DNA of 64,000 nt from Octopus vulgaris (taxonomy: Eukaryota), in the NCBI GenBank assembly GCA_951406725.2, contig OX597816.1, positions 11,718,001-11,782,000 of the forward strand, given 5' to 3'. The notes beneath the pieces are model-generated. The model saw only the letters and a program-made list of their open reading frames with translations. It had not been told where the DNA came from and made no database searches. A program made the position numbers and the translations under genes. Shown here in pieces: positions 39,104 through 52,233 of the stretch; position 1 is the first letter of the stretch, and each line of letters opens with the position of its first letter.

Positions 39104-39664
39104 TAGATAGATAAAGAAATAGGTGGGTAGATAGATAGACAGATAGATAAATTGATAGATCGATAGCTAGCTAGTTAAATAGACAGATACACAGATTGAT
39201 AGCTAGCTACTTAAGCACACAGATAGATAGATTGATAGCTAGTTAAATAGATAGATTGATAGCTAGCTGGTTAAACAGATAGATAGATAAATAGCTAGAG
39301 AGATAGATAGATAGATTCAGCAGGCTTCTTTCATTTTACATTTGCCATATCCACTCACAAAGGCTTTGGTCACCCTGTGACTAGTGGAGAAAAGACACCC
39401 AATCATGCAGGAGAACTAAAACCAAAACGTCATGGTTGTAAAGCAAGCTGTTTAACCACACAGCCATGACTTAGCATTTACATATATATACAGCCACTCC
39501 TGCACCTATATATATATACATATATATGTGTGTGTGTAATGACAATAATAATATAAATAATATATATATATATGTATATATATGCTTCATATTCCATGTA
39601 CTCATACTTTGTATTTTTTGTTGTACACGTTTCATGAAGTCCTATCTATATATATATATAGATA

Positions 39665-39866
39665 GGACTAATGTGACCAAGTGTGTACCGTTGGCGATTT
39701 TTTTTCTTCTGTCTTCCCTTCTATGGATCTTTCCTTCTCCTATGTTTCTGACGAAGAGCTCCACTCGAAACGTTAAACCCTCCTTCTTTCCTGAGCGTCC
39801 AATAATACTATATTTGTTCCACATCCTCGTGTTGTTGTGTTTTTTTGTGCTTTCATGTTTGGATTA

Positions 39867-39870
<4 letters not shown>
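39665..39870 (+). mobile_element. Solo PLE 3' terminus (pseudo-LTR) with a minimal hammerhead at 39744-39778, inserted in (TA)n
   Basis: GTTT-CTGACGA-A-GAG-CTCCA-CTC-GAA-ACGT-T-AAAC. The downstream CCTGAGCGTCCAATAATAC is homologous to the Neptune terminus at 57665-57685; flanked by (TA)n. Confidence 0.8.
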
Positions 39871-39913
<43 letters not shown>

Positions 39914-39914
39914 T

Positions 39915-40451
<537 letters not shown>

Positions 40452-40859
40452 ATGATGATGATATATATATATATGTATGTATATATATGCCGGTGCCACT
40501 TAAAATGCACCCATGCTGGCACCGTGCCAAAAGAGACAATGGAGCCTAGTGCAGCTCTCTAGCGTGCCAGCTCCCATCAAACAGCCGAACCCATACCAGC
40601 ATGAGAAATGGACATCAAATGACGCTGACGATGATGATGATGATGATGATGATAATGATGATGATATACACGTGTGTGTGTAAGAGAAAGATTTCTGAGA
40701 CTGCATTCACCTTGAGTCAGGATGAAGTTCTTCCCTTTGCCATTTCACTTTGATAAATCTTGTGGAGAATCAAATTCTATTTCAGAAAATGTCAAACTAT
40801 ACATAACTGCAGTTACGCTTTCATGTTTCTCAGTATTTATATACTCAGAACTCTTTGTG

Positions 40860-41008
40860 TGTGTATTTGTGTGTGTGCTGGAGATGGGAATGTGTGTGTG
40901 TGTGTGCTGGAGAAGGGTGTGTGTGTGTGTGTGTGTGCTGGAGAAGGGTGTGTGTGTGTGTGTGCTGGAGAAGGGTTTGTGTGAGTGTGTGTGTGCCGGA
41001 GGAGGGTG

Positions 41009-41042
<34 letters not shown>

Positions 41043-41330
41043 AGAGAAGGGTGTCTGTGTGTGTGTGTGTGTGTGCTGGTGGAGGATATCTGTGTGTGTG
41101 TGTGTGCTGAAGAAGGTGTCTGTGTGTATGTGTGAGTGAGTGAGTGAGTGTGTGTGTGTGTGAGTGTATGTGTGTGTGTCTGTGTGCCGGAGGAGAGTGT
41201 CTGTGTGTGTGTGTGTGCTGGTGGAGGGTGTCTGTGTGTGTGTGTGTGCTGGTGGAGGGTGTCTGTGTGTGTGTGTGTGCTGGTGGAGGGTGTGTGTGAG
41301 TGTGTGTGTGTTGCTGGAGGAGGATGTATG
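40860..41330. repeat. Compound minisatellite (TG)n-GCTGGAGAAGGG / GCTGGTGGAGGG
   Basis: About 14 units of ~25-35 bp. Confidence 0.85.
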
Positions 41331-41946
41331 TGTATGTGTTTGTAAGTGTGTTACTATGTTTGAATATGTGTAAATGCATGTATATGTGTATGCAAATATA
41401 TGAATGAATATGTGAGGATATAACTGTGGATGTGTGTGTATGAACAGGTCACTGTATGTGTATATGTGTTCATGTATGCATGAATTTGTGTGAACGTGTA
41501 TGTGCATGTAAATTCTAGCAAGAATGTGTATGTTTGTGTATGTACATGTGTGTATGTGTGTGAGTGTTTGTGTGTGTATGTGTGTGTGTGCACATGAAGA
41601 GGAGGATGTGTGTGTGTGCATGTGAAGAGGAGGGTGTATGTGTGCGTGTAAATGTATGTGCTTGTATGTTTGAACATGCGTAAATGTACGTATATGTGTA
41701 AGCAGATATATGAATGAGTGTGTGTATGTTTGAATATGTATGTGTGCATGTGAGCATATAACTGTGCCTGTAAGTGTGTGTGTATGAACAGGTCACTGTA
41801 TGTGTATATGTGTGCATATACACACGAATTTGTGTCAACGTGTATGTGTATGTACATACTTGCAAGAATGTATATGAATCTGTGTGTGTGTGCTTGTTTA
41901 AACCTATGGATGTACCTGCCTGTCTTTGAAAATATGAATGTGCCCA

Positions 41947-41989
<43 letters not shown>

Positions 41990-42176
41990 GTGTGCGTGTG
42001 TGTGTCCGTGTGTCCATGTATATTCCATTCTTGTATCACTTACTCAAGATATTTGATCTAAAATGTCACTTTAACAGAAGTTCTTATATTTCACTAACAT
42101 CACTTTGACCATTTAAATTATGCACTACAGACTTCTCTTACTCTGCAATATAACTCATTCTACAAACACACACACG

Positions 42177-42216
<40 letters not shown>

Positions 42217-42525
42217 AGCTTGTGTGAGTGTGTGCACGTGTGTATTGGTTGTTCTTTCTTTGTCTCTGCTTCTACACCTCTGCTTGTTTGGATTACGTCT
42301 GTTAATAGCCGGGTTTCATAAATAACATAAGACTTCATCGTTAATAGCTTTATTCATCCAATCCTGAGGTATATCTAATTTTATAGCTATATGACTCTTA
42401 CGAAGACAAGTCTCTTTCATAAGTCTAACCATTTTTTAAATATATATATATATATATATATATAAATATATAAATGTATGTGTTTATATATATACATATA
42501 TATATGTGTGTATATATATACATAA

Positions 42526-42576
<51 letters not shown>

Positions 42577-42579
<3 letters not shown>

Positions 42580-42697
42580 TGAGAATTTACAAAAAGACAA
42601 AAGACGAAGATGGCTGTGTAAACAACAAACAGATGTATTAGTTTAATGCTCAAGAAGTGAGAAAGTCTTTTATGTTTCGAGCCTATGCTCTTCGATA
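42577..42697 (-). mobile_element. Truncated PLE terminus with the 3' part of a hammerhead (same family as 46150-46340 and 57606-57790)
   Basis: Minus strand TCGAAGAGCATAGGCTCGAAACATAAAAGACTTTC..., ending at (TA)n. Confidence 0.7.
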
Positions 42698-42774
42698 TAC
42701 ATACACACTCACAAACATACATATATATATATATCTGTAAATGTAATATGTGACAATTATTGGGTAACCATGAT

Positions 42775-42831
42775 TAAAACTCCAAGTTTCGGATGTTGGG
42801 GAGGAAATCCATGCTGCCATCTCTTCAGTTA
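42775..42831 (-). ncRNA. Type-I hammerhead motif (distinct family)
   Basis: TAA-CTGAAGA-GATG..CATC-C-GAA-ACT-TGG-AGT-T-TTA. Canonical core, stems I-III, GUU site. Confidence 0.6.
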
Positions 42832-43159
42832 TAGATAGATTGATATACAAAGACAAACATGCATATATGCCACTCACACACACACACACATACACCTATA
42901 TATGGAAAACTTTTCTTCTGATCTTGTGACTGTACAGACAAAACACAAGTATACCAAGATACTGGTTTAACCAAAATAAAATACATTATCAAGCTGCTCT
43001 GTAAATTCACTTATTGAAGCTGTAGAGAAGGCACTGGGCAGCCTTCAATAAAGAATGGTTGACTAATTCTTTGCTGCTGCTGGGATGCAAGGGACATGAC
43101 CAATTCCAGCAGGCTCAATTGGATGAGGATGTTTGATACTAAAAGAGCCAAAATTCCCT

Positions 43160-43291
43160 AAAGGGCATCCAGCTGTAGAAACTCTGCCAGATCAAGATTG
43201 GAGTCTGGTGCAGCCATCTGATTCGCCAGTTCTCAGACAAATCGTCCAACCCATGACAGCATGAAAAGCAGACGTTAAATGATGATGATGA
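43160..43291 (+). mobile_element. Truncated SINE family D
   Basis: AAGGGCATCCAGCTGTAGAAAC...GACGTTAAATGATGATG. Confidence 0.8.
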
Positions 43292-43727
43292 TCCCAGATT
43301 GATCACTGGTGATATATCCAAGAGCATCCATGAGATGTACATTGGAAGAAAAAGAAAAATATTTTAGACGAAACACTGAGATATAGAGAAGATATTTCTA
43401 TGTTTTTCGAAAAACCAAAACAGTACGAGTTTTAAGACATAAGATAAAACAGTGGTTTGCACTTTGTTTTATATTCTATATTTTTGGTTTAAAATCCCCT
43501 CTTCATGAAAAAGAAATTGAAGATTTCGTGTTGTGAAATATTCAGAACCTGAAAATAAAATATGCTATCATCGTTAGTAAAACCAAACCTGGCATTAATT
43601 ACTGAAGTGATCTACTGGTTTGCTATTATATTGTGCTCATACAGAATCTTATACAGACATTTACAGACACAAAACCACATGCTATCGAACAGAAAACATA
43701 GCTCTCAAAACTAAATCTTTAATTTCT

Positions 43728-43765
43728 GTTCTTGAAGAGGGGATCTTTGCCCCGAAATATCGAAA
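43728..43765 (+). ncRNA. Minimal hammerhead motif (U3 variant) in the right arm of a diverged inverted repeat
   Basis: TTC-TTGAAGA-GGGG-ATCTTTG-CCCC-GAA-ATAT-C-GAA. Confidence 0.55.
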
Positions 43766-45216
43766 TACAAGATGAAAGTGTAAAGTAGTGACTTATCTTA
43801 TTTCTTTATAAGTATTGATTTTGCCTAAAAAAAATCATGGTCTTTATTGCTGTCATCATCATCATCATCATCATCATCTTCTTCATTGTTATCATCTCTG
43901 TCATCATCATTATCATCGTTGTCATCATTATTCTTTGTCAGCATGATGATGAGAAGGATATAGAGGACAATGATGACTATCAATAATGATGTTGATGATA
44001 AATGTAATTATAACGACAATGGCATCAACCATGAAGATGATGATGATAATGATGACAATAACAGCAGCAACAAAAACAATGGCGGCGACAATGATGAAGA
44101 CAAAGGATGTTCGTGACTATAACAGTGATGATGTTGATGATGATGATAATGAATAATGGTAATGATGATGATGATAACAATAATGATGATGATAGTGACA
44201 ACGACAACGATGATGATTATGATGACAATGGCAGAGGTTGGTGATGGTGGCAGTGATGATGATGTTGATGTTGATGGTGATGATGGTGATGATGCTGCAA
44301 GTGATGATAATAGTAAGATACAAACAATGCTGCTGTTGATAACAATGGAGTTAATAAATAGTTTGCGTGCCTTCATGTTGCTGCTATTTCATGCATGCAC
44401 CTATGATCGTTACTGTGTACGTTTGTGAGCGTTCAGCTCCGTCTACCTATATATTTACGTGTTTCTGTACACACACATTTATGTGCTTATGTGTGTGTGT
44501 GTGTGTGTGTGCATGTGCGTGTATGTGTGTATACGAGTGTTAAGGCCGTCCTCTAATTAAATCTGGTCTTTATCTGTTTTAAAAGATAGCTTTGGCCAAT
44601 GGTGTAATGTTGGTTGCAGCTGGTGGTCTGATGGTGGGGCGTGGGACACTAAGTGAAGATAACATCCTAAACAGCTATAATGGTGTCTATTAGAAGTTTT
44701 ATCTAAAAACCTTAAGTCTATTTCCATTGATTCTGTGAAGAAGTGATGAAATAAAATTGATTGGTTCTTATTTGCAGCGCCTGCAAAGGAGATAATGTAC
44801 TTTTTTTCATCTTGTTTGCGTATATGTATGTATGTGTGTGTATGTGTGTGAATGCATGTATGTGTGTTCTTTACTTCTACCTAGATATTTTTTTTTTCAT
44901 TTACTAATCTTTATATCCGTCCAGCTACCCATCCATCGGTTTATTCATCCAGCCATTCTTTTGTCCATCTCTCTATCAGTCTCTTTCTGTCTGTCTCTAT
45001 CGGTCTGTCTTTCCAACCAACCAACCAACCATCCATCTATCTGTCTGTTTACTCATCTATTTATCTGTACCTTTGTATGTCAGTTTATCAGCCTGTCTTT
45101 ATCTCTGTCTACCTATCTACCTACCTACCTACCTACCTGTCTGTCTATCTATCTATCTATCTATCTACCTATCTACCAACCTGCTTACCTACCTACCTAT
45201 CTACCTACCTACCTAC

Positions 45217-45295
<79 letters not shown>

Positions 45296-45446
45296 CATTT
45301 CTACCTACCTATCTACCTACCTACCTGCCTGCCTGCTTACCTACCTACCTATCTATCTACTTATTTATCTATCTATCTATCTACCTACTTATCTACCTAT
45401 CTACTTATCTTCCTATCTTTCTATCTACTCATATGCCTCTTGTTAT

Positions 45447-45663
45447 ATTTTTTCTACTCTAGGCACAAGGCCTGAAATTTTTGGGGCAGGGGTGCCAGTC
45501 AATTAGATCAACCCCAGTATGCAACTGGCACTTAATTTATTGACCCCGAAAGGATGAAAGGCAAAATCGACCTCAGTGGAATTTGAACACAGAATGTAAA
45601 GACAGATGAAATACCACTAAGCATTTCACCCAGCATGCTAACGTTTCTGCCAGCTCGCCACCT
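45447..45663 (-). mobile_element. SINE family A
   Basis: Reverse complement of the A consensus, after a (CTAT/CTAC)n tract at 45100-45430. Confidence 0.88.
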
Positions 45664-45842
45664 TGTTATATTAATCTACTGACAAACCACTTAGACAGCC
45701 ACTAAACAGCTTTTCAATTTGCAAGTAATAGCAGCCAAACCTCACTCAAATTACTCTCACAATCATATTTATAACACTAGCCTGTCACTCATAACAAACC
45801 CTGAGTTACAGCTTTGATGTGGTATTTATCACCTCAAAGCCG

Positions 45843-46887
45843 TATTGCTTCTGGTTGAAAAGACCAGTGCAGAGATCACATCTCTATGTTCATCAATAGG
45901 TTGGCATTACTATGCTCTTCTTTGCATACCTTATTTTTTGCTGCAGCATCCAATCTCATCTCTTCTTTTATCTTCATCTAGCTCCAGCTCAGGATATCCC
46001 ACTTTGGTCATCTGCAAAGCTCTCTCAGGGTTTTGTATTAATAATCCTCTTGTACACTTCAGCTGCACCGCTCCTGCCCATCGATTACACTGGACTCCTC
46101 AATACACCACAATGTTCGAAGCTTTTTACCTTTTGAACTTTTCTTAACGTTTTTGTACTTTCTAAACTTTTTTTTGTACTTTCTGCTTTCTCTCCTTGTT
46201 TCTTTCTGTGTTCTTTTCTATGGAAGAGCATAGGCTTGAAACATTAAAGACTTTTTCACTTTCCAAGCGTTATACTAATACATCTGTTTGTTGTCTACAC
46301 CACCTGTCTTTGTCTTTTGTTTTTTTTGTGAATTCTCCCTACCATCATCATCATCATCATCGTTTAACGTCCGTTCTCCATGCTAGCATGGGTTGGATGG
46401 TTCAACTCGGGATCTGGGAAGCCAGAAGGCTGCACCAGGCTCCAATCTTGATTTGGCAGTGTTTCTACAGCCGGATGCCCTTCCTAACGCCAACCACTCC
46501 AAGAGTGTTTTGGTGCTTTTTACGTACGACTGGCACAGGTGCCAGGCGAGGCTGGCAACGGCCACGATCGGATCTCCCTATATACATATAAAGTTCCAAG
46601 GGTAAAAAGCTTCGAACATCGTGGTGTATTGAGGAGTCCAGTGTAATCCATGGGCAGGAGAGGTGCAGCTGAAGTGTACGAGAGGATTATTAATACAAAA
46701 CCCTGAGAGGGCTTTGCAGATGACCAGGTGGGATATCCTGAGCTGGAGCTAGATGAAAATAAAAGAAGAGATGAGACTGAATGCTGCAGCAAAAAATAAG
46801 GCATGCAAAGAAGAGTACAGTAATGCCAACCTATTGATGAACATAGAGATGTGATCTCTGCACTGGTCTTTTCAACCAGAAGCAATA
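45843..46887. repeat. ~300-bp inverted repeat (45843-46140 / 46591-46887) enclosing a PLE terminus (46150-46340) and a family-D SINE (46342-46575)
   Basis: The arms are reverse complements; the ORF track shows near-identical peptides MLLVEKTSAEITSLCSSIGWHY on opposite strands. Confidence 0.9.
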
Positions 46888-47014
46888 TATAATCCTAATG
46901 TTTTAAGTTTCTAATTTAGGTAATGGAGTTTTTTTCTATAAGACAAATTATTATTTTATTTATTTCTTAAATAAATATTGTTTAACTCTATTTGCTTATT
47001 CATTTAACTATTAT

Positions 47015-47118
47015 CATTAACCTGAAGATTGACTATAATTTTAAATCAAATTTATTTCGGTTGAATTTAAACTTAATTGTAATTCGAATTTAATTGTAGC
47101 CATGAAACGTACTTAGTG
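47015..47118 (+). ncRNA. Hammerhead motif with a long AT-rich stem II
   Basis: CATTAAC-CTGAAGA-TTGACTATAATT....AATTGTAGCCAT-GAA-ACGT-A-CTTAGTG. GUA site; stem I is CAUUAA/UUAGUG with a core-adjacent mismatch. Confidence 0.6.
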
Positions 47119-47376
47119 TTTTTACTTATTATATTATATATTGATAATTCATTTTATACTTTTTGAGATCTAGTTATAAGTTATATGTTTTATAGAAATA
47201 TATATTATTTGTTATTTATGTATTGGTTTAGGTCTATCACTTTAAGTTGCATAATAGTGGTTTTATCTCTAATATTATATTTTATATATATATATATATA
47301 CACAAGAATTTTAATGGAGATAAAGTTCCAGTATATAGTACAGCTGTTTTTTCGCTCGTATATGAAGTAAGGATTA

Positions 47377-47939
47377 ATAAAATTTGGTATAAGATAAAAA
47401 TTATAGATATTTGTCTTAAGCATTGCGACATGCAAAATCATAATTCAGATGTATAAGATATTATTCCATTCAAATAACCACATATTTATATTAAGAGTAA
47501 GAGTTATATGATAAGAATATAGAAATAGAAGAATATAAACATGAAAAATATAAAAAGAAACATACAAAATAGGTAACATGAAAGTAGAAAATATAGTTAG
47601 AATAGATTAAAGGAGGTGATTAAAAGGATCAGTCCAAACTTTTCTGAAACAGCCTTAGGTTTGGACTGATCCTTTCAATCACCTCCTTTAATCTATTCTA
47701 ACTATATTTTCTACTTTCATGGTACTCCTTATACATTTTTATGCTTCTTTATTTTATATGTTCCTTATTTTTTATGTATATATTCTTATATTTCTATGTT
47801 TTTTATCATCTATGTCTTAATATAAATATGTGGTTATTTGAATGGAAGAATATCTCATGTCATACATCTGAATTAGGAATTTGCTTGTCTGAATGTTCAA
47901 GACAAATATTTGAAATTTTTATCTTATACCAAATTTTAT
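47377..47939. repeat. ~560-bp imperfect palindrome
   Basis: Inner arms 47577-47639 / 47659-47721 pair with one mismatch; the outer arms are clearly homologous but diverged. Confidence 0.9.
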
Positions 47940-48244
47940 ATACATACATATATATATATAGAGAGAGAGCAAAATTTAGATTCAAATGAATATGATACTT
48001 AAGTTAAAGGCACCAGAATTTTGTATGGCATTATAAATCAAATGGCATATAAATCAAATGGGGTAACTATAATCAAAATAAGCAATAAGGATATCCAAGG
48101 TAGAGTAGTACAATTGTTTCATGCTACTTCATTATATTAAACACATTTTATTCAAATGCTTGACATTTTAAAACTGATGTAATACTTACAGTTTTTAATA
48201 AAATGAAGTAGCATGAAACAATTTTGATTATTTATATATATAGT

Positions 48245-48655
48245 TAGGCGCAGGAGTGGCTGTGTGGTAAGTAGCTTGCTAACCAACCACATGGTTCCGG
48301 GTTCAGTCCCACTGCGTGGCATCTTGGGCAAGTGTCTTCTGCTATAGCCCCGGGCCAACCAATGCCTTGTGAGTGGATTTGGTAGACGGAAACTGAGAGA
48401 AGCCTGTCGTATATATGTATATATATATATAAGTGTGTGTGAATATGTTTGTATGTCTGTGTTTGTTCCCCTAGCATTGCTTGACAACCGATGCTGGTGT
48501 GTTTACGTCCCCGTTACTTAGCGGTTCGGCAAAAGAGACCGATAGAATAAGTACTGGGCTTACAAAGAATAAGTGCCGGGGTCGATTTGCTTGACTAAAG
48601 GCGGTGCTCCAGCATGGCCGCAGTCAAATGACTGAAACAAGTAAAAAGAGTAAAA
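48245..48655 (+). mobile_element. SINE family B (young, full length)
   Basis: AGGCGCAGGAGTGGCTGTGTGGTAAG (A box), GGTTCAGTCCC (B box), TCTTGGGCAAGT (CORE-like), tail AAGTAAAAAGAG. Confidence 0.92.
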
Positions 48656-48677
48656 AAAAAAAAAAAAAGAGAAAAAG

Positions 48678-48888
48678 AGTTAATCCAAACTGGAAAACAC
48701 AAAGAGAAAACACAACAATGCGAGGACGTGGAACAACTATAGTGTTATTGGACGCTCAGGAAAGGAAAGAAAGAAGGAGGATTTAATGTTTCGAGCAGAG
48801 CTCTTCATCAGAAACATAGAAAAAGGAAAGGTCCAAGGAAGGGAAGACAGAGGGAAAAAAATCACTAACGATGCACACGCGATCACAT
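48678..48888 (-). mobile_element. Solo PLE terminus with a minimal hammerhead at 48781-48815 (same family as 39665-39870)
   Basis: Minus strand GTTT-CTGATGA-A-GAGC-TCT-GCTC-GAA-ACAT-T-AAAT; the rest aligns to 39665-39870. Confidence 0.8.
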
Positions 48889-48904
48889 ATATATATATAT
48901 ATAA

Positions 48905-49028
48905 GTCAATTTCAATGCATTTCGTTCAAATTTCATGTTGATGTTACTTAGTTTGGTTTGAAATAAAGAACTTGATTAGCTTAATAATCCTAACTTAATC
49001 CCAGGCAAAGCCGGGTATATACTGCTAG
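48905..49028 (+). mobile_element. Helitron 3' end
   Basis: GC-rich hairpin CCCAGGCAAAGCCGGG (49000-49015), followed ~10 nt later by CTAG|T. Confidence 0.65.
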
Positions 49029-49609
49029 TTTATAATATATATAAATATACTTACCTCCTGTATGTATGAAATATATATGAGCTGTACTCTGTTGGTCGGC
49101 TGAAATTCTCATTCACATTAAATCCTTCATATATAAGATTAGTCACTGAGGAATGATGATTTAAAAGCACCACCAGCTAATATATTCATTCCAGACATTG
49201 GTCATTGAAAGTTTATGATACATATATATGGTTTAGCTATTTAGCTAGATGTCAACGGAAAACATTAATACCAATATACATACATACATACATCCAACTG
49301 TAGAAACTCTGCCAGATCAAGATTGAAGCCTGGTGCAGCCATCTGGTTCGCCAGCCCTCAGTCAATCATCCAACCCATGCTAACATGGAAAGCGGACGTT
49401 AAACGATGACAATGATGATGACACATATGCACACACACACACACACACACACATATGCACACATTTAAATTAATTAGGGGTGCATTAATTTGAGATGATT
49501 AAAATGAAGATGTGTACAATTATATTTAACATGTTTGTATATATTCAAATGTAGAATGACTTTCACTTTAGAAATTGTCTTGAAAGAAAATTTCTCCTTA
49601 TAAACAGTA

Positions 49610-50019
49610 TCATCATCATCATTTAACGTCCGTTTTCCACGCTAGCATGGGTTGGACGGTTCGACTGGGGTCTGGTAAGCCATGGAGGCTGCACCAGGCT
49701 TCAGTCTGGTTTGGCAGTGTTTCTACAGCTGGATGCCCTTCCTAACGCCAACCACTCCAAGAGTGTAGTGGGTGTTTTTTATGTGCCACTGGCACAGGAG
49801 CCAGAGGAGGCTGGCAAATGGCCATGATCGGTTGGTGCTTTTATGTGTCACCGACCCGGATGCCAGTCAGGTGGCGCTGCCATCTGTCACGTTCGGACGG
49901 TGCTTTTTATGTGTCACCGGCACAGGTGTCTTAACTACAAAAAAAAAAAACAAAGCCCTGGTCTATGAATGGCTTCTTCAGACCACAGAATGTGTGTTTC
50001 AGCCTTGCTATGCTTCATT

Positions 50020-50053
<34 letters not shown>

Positions 50054-50379
50054 GTTTAGCATCCGCTTTCCATGCTAGCATGGGTTGGACGGTTCAACTG
50101 GGGTCTGTGAATCCGGAAGGCTGCATCAGGCCCAGTCTGATCTGGCAATGTTTCTACGGCTGGATGCCCTTCCTAACGCCAACCACTCTGTGAATGTAGT
50201 GGGTGCTTTTTACGTGCCACCGGCACAGGGGCCAGAGGAGGCTGGCAAATGGCCACAATCAGTTGGTGCTTTTTATGTGTCACGGGTGTCTTAACTACAA
50301 AAAAAACAAAACAAATCCCTGGTCTATGAATGGCTTCTTCAGACCACAGAATGTGTGTTTCAGCCTTGCTATGCTTCAT
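49610..50379 (-). mobile_element. Two family-D SINEs (49610-49940, 50021-50300), each followed by the same ~80-bp unique segment
   Basis: CCCTGGTCTATGAATGGCTTCTTCAGACCACAGAATGTGTGTTTCAGCCTTGCTATGCTTCATT occurs at 49956 and 50317. Confidence 0.85.
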
Positions 50380-50680
50380 TGACTAGACACAAAACCATTC
50401 ACAGCCCACCAAGAGGTGTGGTGTTTACATTTAAACAGTAAATAATAGATTTACTGGTGTGTGCAAAGCTTTGTGAAGCTGGAAGTAATTACCTACATTT
50501 TTAAAGTTAAATGTAACCACAAGTGAAATTTCAAACAAAATTTATAAAAAGGCAGCATATGGCTTATGTAGAGGTCAAAGGTTGAAGCCAAAATATTATT
50601 AACACAAAAATGAATCGTGACTTAGCTCCTGCTGTGTTTTATATAAGTGTGTGTGTGTGTGTGTATGTATGTGTGTATGT

Positions 50681-50987
50681 GATATCACGTGACTGACCAG
50701 ACCATCAGATGTTGTTACACATCGCTGGTCACAATGCACTTCACATTGTTTTAGCCTTCAAATGACGCCACCCCGCTGGCTAAGCGAGCAGGCCAACAGA
50801 AGAAAGAGTAAGAGAAAGTTGTGGTGAAAGAGTACAGCAGGGATCACCACCCCCTGCCGGAGCCTCGTGGAGCTTTTTTTAGGTGTTTTTGCTCAATAAA
50901 CACCGACAACGTCTGGTCTGAGAATCGAAACCGTGATCCTCCGACCGCGTGTCCGCTGCCCTAACCACTGGGCCATTGTGCCTCCAC
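50681..50987 (-). mobile_element. SINE family C
   Basis: Reverse complement of 27291-27596. Confidence 0.88.
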
Positions 50988-51501
50988 TATGTGTGTATGT
51001 ATGTATGATAAATCTTGAAATATTTTTCCATTTAAAAGTACTGATTCGACAGAGGAAATGCACTTTAAGAAGAAAATGGGAGAGAAACAAAAGAACACAA
51101 AAGTAAGAAATAATAATAGAAATATAAGACAAAACATTAACAATGCTTTTGCCTCCCTTGATACGGCTTTCATAAAGATACGAAACAAAAAGAAAGAGCT
51201 AAAATAAAAGCAAACCTAAAATTCTGCCACCTGATAGAGAGGTTTTAAATCAATAGAAAATTAGCAAGTTGAGCCAGCCGGACATTAGCTAAAGGTTATA
51301 GCTATTAGGTAATTGAATTGAGATAACAAAGGTCAGTTCGGTTTTGAGGAAAAAAATCTAGAAGATTCTTTATGAACCACCCACTCTATATTGCAAAACT
51401 ATCAGATAATCTTAGCTGGCTGGCTTAGGTGACTAAGACCGTTGATTTATTTTCACCACAAACCAAGATATACTTTTGTTACTGATGCTGTTGTTGTTGT
51501 T

Positions 51502-52202
51502 AGGCAGCAAGTTGGCAGAGTGTCAAATAATTGCCTTGCTGTATTTGTTCCAATTCTTGATATCCTGGGTTCAATTCCAGCTGAGATCAACTTTCTCTTT
51601 CATCCCCCTGGGATCAGTAAATTATAGTACTCCTCATATTTTAGAGTTGATGTAACCACCTAGCACCTTCTCTCAAAATTACTGGTTTCATGTCTTAATT
51701 AGAAATTGTCATTATTATTATTGTTGTTAGTATTATTATTTTTATTTTTATTAAGGCAGTGAGCTGGCAGAAGCGTTATCACGCTGGATGAAATGCTTAG
51801 CGGTACTTCACCTGTTGACTTTCTGAGTTCAAATTCCACCGATGTTGTCATTGCCTTTCATCCTTTCGAGGTTGATAAACTGAGTACCAGTGAAATTCTG
51901 GGGTTGATGTAATTGACTAGTCCCCTTCGCCAAAACTTCAGGCCTTATGCCTATAATAGAAAGTATTATTATTATTATTAAGGCATCGAGCTGGCAGAAT
52001 TGTTAGCACGCACGAGAAAAATGCTTAGCAGAATTTCGCCCACCGCTACATTCTGAGTTCAAATTCTACCAAGGTTGATTTTTGCCTTCCATCCTTTTGG
52101 CGTTGATAAAATAAGTACCAGTGAAACACTGGGGTCGATGTAATTAACTTAATCCCTTAATCCTAAGCTGCACCTTGTGGCAAAAATTCGAAATCACTAT
52201 TA

Positions 52203-52233
<31 letters not shown>

